DNA of 64,000 nt from Amoebidium appalachense (lineage: Eukaryota > Protista > Ichthyosporea): NCBI GenBank assembly GCA_963693365.1, contig CAVNZM010000006.1, positions 10,357,355 through 10,421,354 on the forward strand. Direction: 5' to 3'. The notes under the pieces were generated by a model that saw nothing but the letters and a program-made list of their open reading frames with translations, was not told the origin of the DNA and did not search any database. The position numbers were made by a program, and so were the translations under genes. Of the stretch, positions 37,821 to 47,262 are shown piece after piece. Within the stretch, counting starts at the first letter, position 1; each line of letters starts with the position of its first letter.

Positions 37821-40800
37821 TGTGACACCTCTGTAAACATCTGTACACGCCGTACATGTTTACTATTACGAATATACTGTACATATCATAGTGATCACGT
37901 AGATATTGTGTACATATGATCAGATCAATATCACACGCGACAGCCGCGGGCTGCGGCTCACGACTGAGCCGCGGCTGTAGCGGCGCCGGCAATATGCAGT
38001 GGCCGTGCAGTCAGTATGAACCAATAGAATTCGAGAACCGCTAGGATAGGAATGCAAGTCTCATCCACTACGGAGGCGACATCTATAGCTAAACGAACGG
38101 AACCAATAAGGAAATCAGACCCAGTTGCATAAACCTAAACGGGCTTAAGTATTGACCAATCATTTGCCACAAAGTTATCCTTTTAGTTAGCTTCATGTTA
38201 TTGGTGCACTGTGTGCACATAAAGACGACCGCACTCTTCTGACTGGTCAGAAGTCACGAAGGCATCAATGCCACCCATCCAGATGATCCGGAACCTGGGG
38301 GCTATATAAACAAGCCGTCCCAGTACGGGGGATCACTCTGAACGAGCACATTAAATAGTAACCTGGCCGCGTGTGCCTTACTACCCGTTCTCTGTCTTTA
38401 TTCTGATTCAGTTGTTCTCTGCCTTATCCCAACTAGTTCAACTGTTTACATTGGCGACCGCGCAGTTCCAGAATCTCACATCTTTCAAGAATCTCTTCAA
38501 CCATGGCGGGCGAATTTGACGACTACCCTGTACTCTCGGACAATGAAAGCAAACTGACACGTGACACCAAGAAGCCTACCGCAGTCAAACCGCCGCCCCC
38601 AACGCAGAAGAAAGCCAAGACTCCGGGGCAGGGCACGAAAACACTCCCCACCCCTCCCCCTACACAGCCTCGTGCTCCCCAGAAACCGAACACGATCACA
38701 AAACCCAACACACACACGAACACAAAGGCAACTACGAAGCCCACTGGCAACGAACAAACGAAGCCCAACGAAAGCACGAAACCCAAAGACAAAACGAAGC
38801 GCAACGAACACACGAAAACCAACGAACATACGAACACCAACGAACACACGAACACCAACAAACACACGAACGAACTTCAAGTAGCAACGAAGGAAAAAAC
38901 GAAACAAGACCGGGACACTGCCACAGCTCTGGCAGAGGTGCGGGGCCGTGTTCTCTCCAAGTTCTATCGTATTGAAACTCTGAGACGTGCCATTCAAACT
39001 GCAATCGATGCTGGGCGGCCTGTGATGGACCTCGAAGCTGATGTCGCGCAGATTTACAGTGAGATTTCGCAGATGGAAGACACCACACTGTCTAGAATGT
39101 TGTGCACGTCCGCGAAATGGTCTGAGTTGGAGCGGGAAGCACAGTTGGTGGCTGAGGCACGTGTGAAAAATACGACGGTGCCCACCACCCCCCGTCCTCC
39201 CCCACCCACCACAGGCAAGAAGCCTTTGTCCCCGGTCCCATCTGGGTGCACTGATCCCAAGGTAATTGCACCTCCCGCACCCCCCACTAAATTTACATAT
39301 AAGGATGTGCTTGCGCGCACACTCAGCTACACTGATTCTGATGCTGAAAATGAAGAAAAACACGAACAAAGTTACGAAGACACACCCACAAACGAAAACG
39401 AACACATGACTGCGAAAGTGCATGAAGAAGATCACTTCGACCAGCCTAAAGCACCCGTATTTAACGAAATCCCCCTTGCAGGATCCCCTCTGGCGTCTGC
39501 AGGTGGACTGGCAGGCACGCCAAGTCGCCCGAGAGGCTCTGATGTCAGCACAGGCTCAGGAGGTAAGGCTGGGTCTATATTGAACAAGCACTTTGCAGAG
39601 CACGAAAAACTGTGGTTGCACCCTCTCCGCCAGTTGCATGCATCCGAATACGGCCCCATCTTGGCTGCATTGAAACTACCAGAATACAAGGGTGACTTGC
39701 AGGATAAATGCACGGTGATTGAATGGCTGCACGAATTTTCCCAGCAGATGTTTTGCATTGCAGGGGTCCCCCCCACACTTGCTGTTCGCTGGGCGGTGCA
39801 GTGCTTTCCTCTTGCTTCCCCCGCCCGTGTGTGGTACACGAATTTTACCAGGACACAGGGAGAACTCACGTTTGATGCATTTGCACATGCACTAGTTACG
39901 AAATTTCACGACCAGCGTGTGCAAGAGGCACTCAGTGCCGAATTAAATGCACTCAAACAAGGCAAGCAAAAGGTGGCCGAATTTGCAAGCAGGCATGCGC
40001 GTTTGTGGGCACGTGTGTACCCCCTTAAGTCTGAGGCACACCAAATTTTGGATTTGTCTCACCGATTGGGTGGGGAAGACGAACAAGAATTTCGCAAATA
40101 TCAACTCAGACAAACACGAAAAGAAGAAGAATTGACCCTGTCTGGAGTTGTTGCCTATCTCGCAGAAAAAGAAAGAGACAGGCACACACGAACCCCATCC
40201 ACCATTCTAACACAGAAACCCCCCACAAAACAGCAACCCGGTGGTGGATCTGGTGCCAGCGAGAAGCCGTCTATTTTTTCGCGCATGGGCACCACCCCCT
40301 GCAACCGTGGGTGCAAGTACGGCAGCCACGCCGAAGGCAAGACGTGCCCGGCCCTCAAATTCGAATGCCACTCCTGCAAGCAGAAGGGGCACTTTGGGGG
40401 GTCACCAATTTGCCCCAAGTACGACCCCAACTTTAAGAAGGGAACCCGCAAGGCAGAGATTGAGGCTAATCGGGCCAAGTTCAAGAGAGCACGTGTAGAA
40501 TAGGAAGGCGGGCAAGGGACTGGTCTCTCCCCAGTAGAACATAATGTATTTGATTTAATAGCAGAGCTGGAACTGTGTTCCCCTCTGGCAGATAAATTGC
40601 AAAATAAATCTACTGGTGCGGAAATTTCTGTTGTCTCGGAGCCCTCCCACGAATCTGCATGTGCCCCACCCCCCCACGAACAGTTACCCCCGTGTACTGA
40701 CCCCCCCATGCACACGCACACCCCGCCCCCGCGCAAAAAGAAAAATGTGCATTTTGCTGACCGTGTGCACTCCTCCATTGCAGAACCACGGCATGAAAAT

Positions 40801-43800
40801 GCCACTGTGTGCACATTAACCCACGAAAATAAATGCACAGCCACACTTGCGCGAATGTATGTGCATGGGAAGCTAGTCACAGTAGTTGTCGACTCTGGTG
40901 CTAGCCATAGCTGTATAAGCACAGCATTTTACGAATCTCTCCCTGTAGTGGCAAGAAAACGAATTCAGCATGTTCCTAATTTTAGTGTACTGGATGCACA
41001 AAGTAACGAAATGACATGCCAAGGAAGTATATCTCTCACTCTCGCCATTCCCAACGAATCTGCTCTAGTGGTGCACAGATGGCATGTGATTGATAATCTA
41101 CCATATGATGCCTTATTAGGTGTTGATTTCATGGGGCCACAACAGGGACGAATTGATTACGGTGCTGCAGAACTTTCGTTCATGTATGCTAAGGGAAATC
41201 GCAGGTGCAGTATTCCGGTGTGGTGGTTGCGTGGGAGTGCGGAGGAGACAGCTGTTTCTCGCGTATTAATTACCACCACAGGTATTCACCTCCCGGTAGA
41301 TGCGTCAAATATCGCAACGTGTAAAATAAAACTCGCTGCCGGCGCACCACCACCACGAACTTTAGACTGTTGTATGGGCACAGTGGTTCCATGTGGTCCA
41401 CTTAATTCACGGGCTTACACAACAGCATGCAGTGTCACCAGTTTAGCTCGAATTTCGAATAACGAACCCCCCCTCTCCACTAGCGAAGAAAGTGTGATCG
41501 AGGACGAATACGAATGCAAGGTGTTGTTGACTAACACATCGGACCATCATGTGTACCTAGGCCCTGGTACGGAGGTGGCCATGTTTATTCCCTTGCAATC
41601 AGATGACACTGTTACTCTTTTAGCACGTCCACACTCCGGTAATGGAACCAGGAGGGCGACAACCCCACACCCTGGCCATCCATTAGGTACCTCTGCTAAA
41701 ACGAACTTTTCTTCGCAGGAATCAACCGAAGAACCCACCGAACACGAACCACACACTTTCCAGGCGGCTACTAATATTAACGGTAGTATTAAGGTGTGTG
41801 AACGGAGTAAAATTATGAATATGAGTACGAAAGAGAACACCACACAGCGCAGTTCCACGAAAATGAATGGTTTTGGTAATCCAGCACGAACAAAACCAGA
41901 GGTAGGGCCACCTACTATCGAAGCAGCAGATGGGGCACCATCTACCACTGCACTGGAGGATACGAATAATTTACGAAAGCGTACGCACGAATGTACCTCC
42001 GACGGGGAAGCCGCCACAGACGACGACTTGCCTTTTGGGGTCAAACCTCCAGAAGAATACGACATGCCTGGAACTCCCCCAGACCAACGGAAACCGTTGG
42101 CGAAACGGATACGAAAACTGCTTAAGAAATGGAAGCATGTGTTCTCTGCACACGACAACGACTTTGGTTTGAGTACCTTAGACGAACTGTCGATCGAAGT
42201 AACTACCACCATACCACAGTACCGCAGGCCCTATAACATCCCACATCACCTTCGCGATAGCCTACACAAACAAATTCAAAATTGGGTAGAGTTTGGAGTG
42301 ATTGAGCCTGCGTCCAGCCCTTACTCCGCTCCGATGGTGTTGGTGGCGAAAAAGGACGGGTCTTTAAGAGTCTGCATTGATTTTAGAATGCTGAACTTGA
42401 TTACGAAGAAAGACGGTTACCCTTTACCACGAATTGACATGGCTCTGGGTATGCTCAGAGGTGCCCGCGTGTTTTCCGCACTTGATTTAAACGGTGGTTA
42501 CCACCAAGTCAAAGTAGCCGATAACGACAAAGAAAAACTTGCATTTACCACCCCCTGGGGGCAGTATCAATTCGCACGCGCACCTTTTGGAGTAAGTAAC
42601 ATGCCTGCTGTCTTTTCAAGGATGATGAACCGTGTATTCGCTGGTATGCTGTGGACACATGTACTCATATATCTCGATGATATATTAGTTATGTCACCCA
42701 CTATCGAAGAACATTTTGGGCATTTAGATTCATGTTTTTCCCGGCTCTGTGATGCAGGATTAAAACTGAAAGGCAGAAAATGCTCTTTGTTCATGGAAGA
42801 AGTTGGCTATTTAGGCCATCGCGTATGCCCGGATGGTATTAAGGTAGACCCAGAAAAAGTGGCAGCAATAAAGAATAAAAGCTACCCACAAAATTTATCT
42901 GAGCTACGAAGTGACCTCGGGTTATTTTCATATTATCGAATATTTGTGGACGATTTCAGCCATACGGCTGAACCACTCACGCGAATGCTGGGCACCTCGA
43001 AGGAGGATTCAGAATTACTAAAACGAATTCACGCAAAAATGCCCCCCTCTACGAAACCCGCCAAACGCAACGGCAGCGCAAAACAACGAAAAGACGAAGC
43101 AAAAAATTTGCACGCCGATTCTGCAGCTATTTTGGCCACGAAAAAGAAAGCACAGAAAAATGCTGCATGGGTGTGGGGTACGGAACAGGAGAAAGCATAC
43201 GATACCCTTAAGAATGCGTTAATTAATGCACCTGTGCTTGCTCACCCCGATTTCACCAAACCTTTTATTGTTGACTCAGATGCTTCACAGTATGCTCTGG
43301 GCGCAGTGATTTCGCAGGTAGGTGATGACGGCAAAGAACGACCCATAGCTTATGCTAGCAGAACACTCTCTAAGAGTGAACGAAATTATGCGGCGAATAA
43401 AAGGGAAGCCTTAGGTGTGTATTGGGCTGTGTGCAAAGCATTTCGCGCTTACACCTATGGGGCTCCTTTCTTGTTACGAACCGACCACTCCAGCTTGACG
43501 CGCATTCTGTCTACCGGCGATGCACCGGAACCTGTTGTTGCAGGCTGGCAAATGGCGCTTTCCGCATACACATACGAAATTCAGCACAGGGCGGGCAAAC
43601 ACCACAGCAATGCTGATGGACTCTCTCGGCCATCTAAAGAAAATGCGCAACCAGGACCCGAAGATACTGAGCTGACATACCCCTCACTGATCGGCACAGT
43701 CTCGGGCTCGTCCACGGTGTTTGCGGTAACACGCTCCGCCGCAGCGACAGCGCAGGCACAAGCTGCCACCCACCCACCCCCAGCTGAACCCACGAAACCT

Positions 43801-46800
43801 AATACCACGCCGCCAGAATTTATTCCCCCAAAAGCGGATGGACGAATGCCCACCTATGAACAGTATGTGTCAGCACAGAAGGCTGATAAACACATTGCGA
43901 AAGTCAGGGCCTACCTGGAAAAAGCACCGGGCTACGAATTATTTGGCAACGAAATCGCGATGGAAGCTAGTCGCTGCACCATAGACAATGACCTTGTGTA
44001 TGTGTGGGTCCTAGAACAGCGTGGCCCCCGCAAACCCAGCAAGGAACCACGAATTTGGGTGCCGTCTACGCTTGTGCGCCTCGTTTTGGCCGCATGTCAC
44101 GACGCCCCAACCGCAGGTCACCTCGACGCAGCACGCACCTTCCACCGTGTTACCCAGATAGCATGGTGGCCACGTGTATGGCAAGACTCGGTGCAGTGGG
44201 TAACCACATGCAAAGCCTGTCAATACCGGAAGACACCCCGAATGCAAAAGAAACTACGAATTCACGATGGTTTTATCCCCACCTATCCCTTTCAATACGT
44301 GTCTATGGACATTACTGAGATGCCTACGAAATCTGATCTCAGAGTTTCCCTGTTGGTGTTTCTCGACCTCTTCACTCGCTGGCCGGAAGTGATTTTATTT
44401 CACAAAACACCCACAGCCGAAGATGTGGCAAAGGCATTCGAAGACTCCATCTACTGCCGTCACGGTCGTCCGGAATTTTTAGTATCAGACAACGGCGCGA
44501 ATTTGGCAGCTATGTTGGTCACAGATGTCTGTCGAGTGTTGGCTACAAAACGAATTTTTGCAAGTCCCTACAGCCCCCAGACCAATGGTGCCGTAGAGCG
44601 ATTCAATCGCACACTTAAGAATATTCTTGCCACTCTCGTGCAGGATAAACACCACGAATGGATTGACTACTTACCGCAAGTACTGTTTTCCTACCGCACC
44701 GCCTACCACTCTTCCTTGGGGGACACGCCATTCTTCATGCTTTATGGCAGAGATCCGGTCGAGCCCCCCCGCCCCCCAATTGCGGCTTCATGTGGGATGG
44801 AGACGGAGGAATACCGTCGAGAACTACTGCAACGAGTGCAGTATGCCCGGCAAACAGTCACACGAATTATGTCTGAAGCTGCCCGTCGTAGTAAAATCAC
44901 GGCTAACAAAAATGCTCGTGAACCCACAGAACTCGAGGGTCTGGTGTTGAAAGCAGTCACAGACTCCACCACCGACCACAGTCTACCCACGGCACTCAGA
45001 ACTAAATGGGAAGGTCCGTATCGCGTCCTGCGGCGCGTTACCGACGCCCCCATGTCTTACGAAATTCAGCGGGTTGGGTCAACGGACACCGTTCGAGCAC
45101 ACGCACGTCACTTGAAGCCGTATTTTCCCCGTGACGACGTTGATATGACGCCAGCCGACTCTGGTCCGCAAGATTCACCCACCCCCACCTTCGAAGTGGC
45201 AAAAATTATTGCCCACAAGTACGACTCGGCAACTGCCCAAGCCCTTTACAAAGTTCGTTGGAAAGGGTACACGGCTAAGAACGACACCTGGGAACCTCAC
45301 TCCGGCCTGCAAGACACAGCCGCAGGAGCACTCACAGACTACCTAGGTACTTTGGTGGCCGGCCCTGCCAGCCAGCCCGCACGAAAGAAGCGCCGACGTC
45401 GCTAACTTCCCTCAGCCTGGTGGTTTACCGTCTCCAGACCATACCACCAGGCTCCCGAGAAGGGGGGGAGTGTAAACATCTGTACACGCCGTACATGTTT
45501 ACTATTACGAATATACTGTACATATCATAGTGATCACGTAGATATTGTGTACATATGATCAGATCAATATCACACGCGACAGCCGCGGGCTGCGGCTCAC
45601 GACTGAGCCGCGGCGCCGGCAATATGCAGTGGCCGTGCAGTCAGTATGAACCAATAGAATTCGAGAACCGCTAGGATAGGAATGCAAGTCTCATCCACTA
45701 CGGAGGCGACATCTATAGCTAAACGAACGGAACCAATAAGGAAATCAGACCCAGTTGCATAAACCTAAACGGGCTTAAGTATTGACCAATCATTTGCCAC
45801 AAAGTTATCCTTTTAGTTAGCTTCATGTTATTGGTGCACTGTGTGCACATAAAGACGACCGCACTCTTCTGACTGGTCAGAAGTCACGAAGGCATCAATG
45901 CCACCCATCCAGATGATCCGGAACCTGGGGGCTATATAAACAAGCCGTCCCAGTACGGGGGATCACTCTGAACGAGCACATTAAATAGTAACCTGGCCGC
46001 GTGTGCCTTACTACCCGTTCTCTGTCTTTATTCTGATTCAGTTGTTCTCTGCCTTATCCCAACTAGTTCAACTGTTTACAACCTCCCACCCACCCACATC
46101 ACCCCCACCCATTGTACATGTGCTCGTTGTTCTTTCCGTAAGGCACTCATGCACATATTGTTTTTGACACTGTTGTGTTTACCCCTGCCCCTTTGCGGTG
46201 GCGCCTAAAACCAGCTAACCTTGCACCAGGGCGGCTTACGTGCAAACACAAGCCGAACACGCTTGCGCGCACACACACACACACATGTAAACAGTTGGAC
46301 TGGTTAGGATAAGGCGGAGTACAACTGAATCAAAATAAAGACAGAGAACGGGTAGAAGGGCACACGCGGCCAGGTTGCTTTTACTATGGGCCGACTCAGT
46401 CTGTCTCAGACTTCACTGAAGTGATCCCCGTACTGGGACGGCTTTGTTATATAGCCCCCAGGTTTCGGATCAAGGCCCAGGATTGGTTCATTTGCGGCCA
46501 GCGCGGGTGGCAACATGCCATTCGTGATTCTGGTGCGGTCCGAGCCAGTCAGACCTTCGTCCTATTTATGCAAACCTCTTATTGGTCCACTTCGTTTATG
46601 TGGTATGCAGCAATAGAATCATATATGGTTCCATTCTTAGGTCAGAGTGAGTCCTATTGGTGCGGACATAATATTTATGTGATATTCATGACAAAGCACG
46701 AATCGTGTGCTGGTAGATCACATTCTTTAGTAAACATGTACAGTTCATGTGTACAGTTGTTTACAACACACACGTGCACACACCTGCACGTGCCTAGTAG

Positions 46801-47229
46801 GGTTCGCATTACTATTCAATGCATGTATTCTCATGCCAACACCCAACACTAGTTTCGAGCACAATCACACCACAAATCTGTAAAAGCACAACGTGAAGCA
46901 TACTTGCCGCATGAGCGCATTCAAACTCAAGCCCATTCGCAGGTACTTGTGTATTTTCAGTGGCCACTCACACATAACAAAAAAAATCGAAATCCTTAAT
47001 AATAGCACAATGCGTGTGTTGGCGTCTTGTTTATGCACAAGGGCTTGGAACCTGTTGATCTGTTTTGCCAAACCCCTTCCCTAAGTTGTGCCCCCCCCCC
47101 CCCCCCCCCCCCCATGGCAGGCCTATCGTTGTAATGGAAAATCCCGTTCTCCCGCTCTTACTCCCCTTCCCTTCCTGTCTCGTTCCCTAACATCCTCTAA
47201 TAACCCCTTTTGTCTCCATATCCCCCCCC

Positions 47230-47262
<33 letters not shown>

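Larger units (their letters stand above)
37832..46080 (+). mobile_element. Full-length Ty3/Gypsy (Metaviridae) chromodomain LTR retrotransposon, 8249 bp
   Basis: Two LTRs with TGTAAACA...TGTTTACA termini, 5-bp TSD ACCTC (37827-37831, 46081-46085), PBS, PPT, gag, and pol in the order PR-RT-RH-IN-chromodomain. Confidence 0.97.

Noticed and set aside
38497-42212. Long antisense ORFs over gag/pol (38497-39435, 40155-40922, 41547-42212)
   Set aside because: They are shadows of the A/C-rich sense coding sequence, with no recognisable motifs.
45406-45470. env-like third ORF in the retroelement
   Set aside because: Only about 65 bp separate the pol stop from the 3' LTR.
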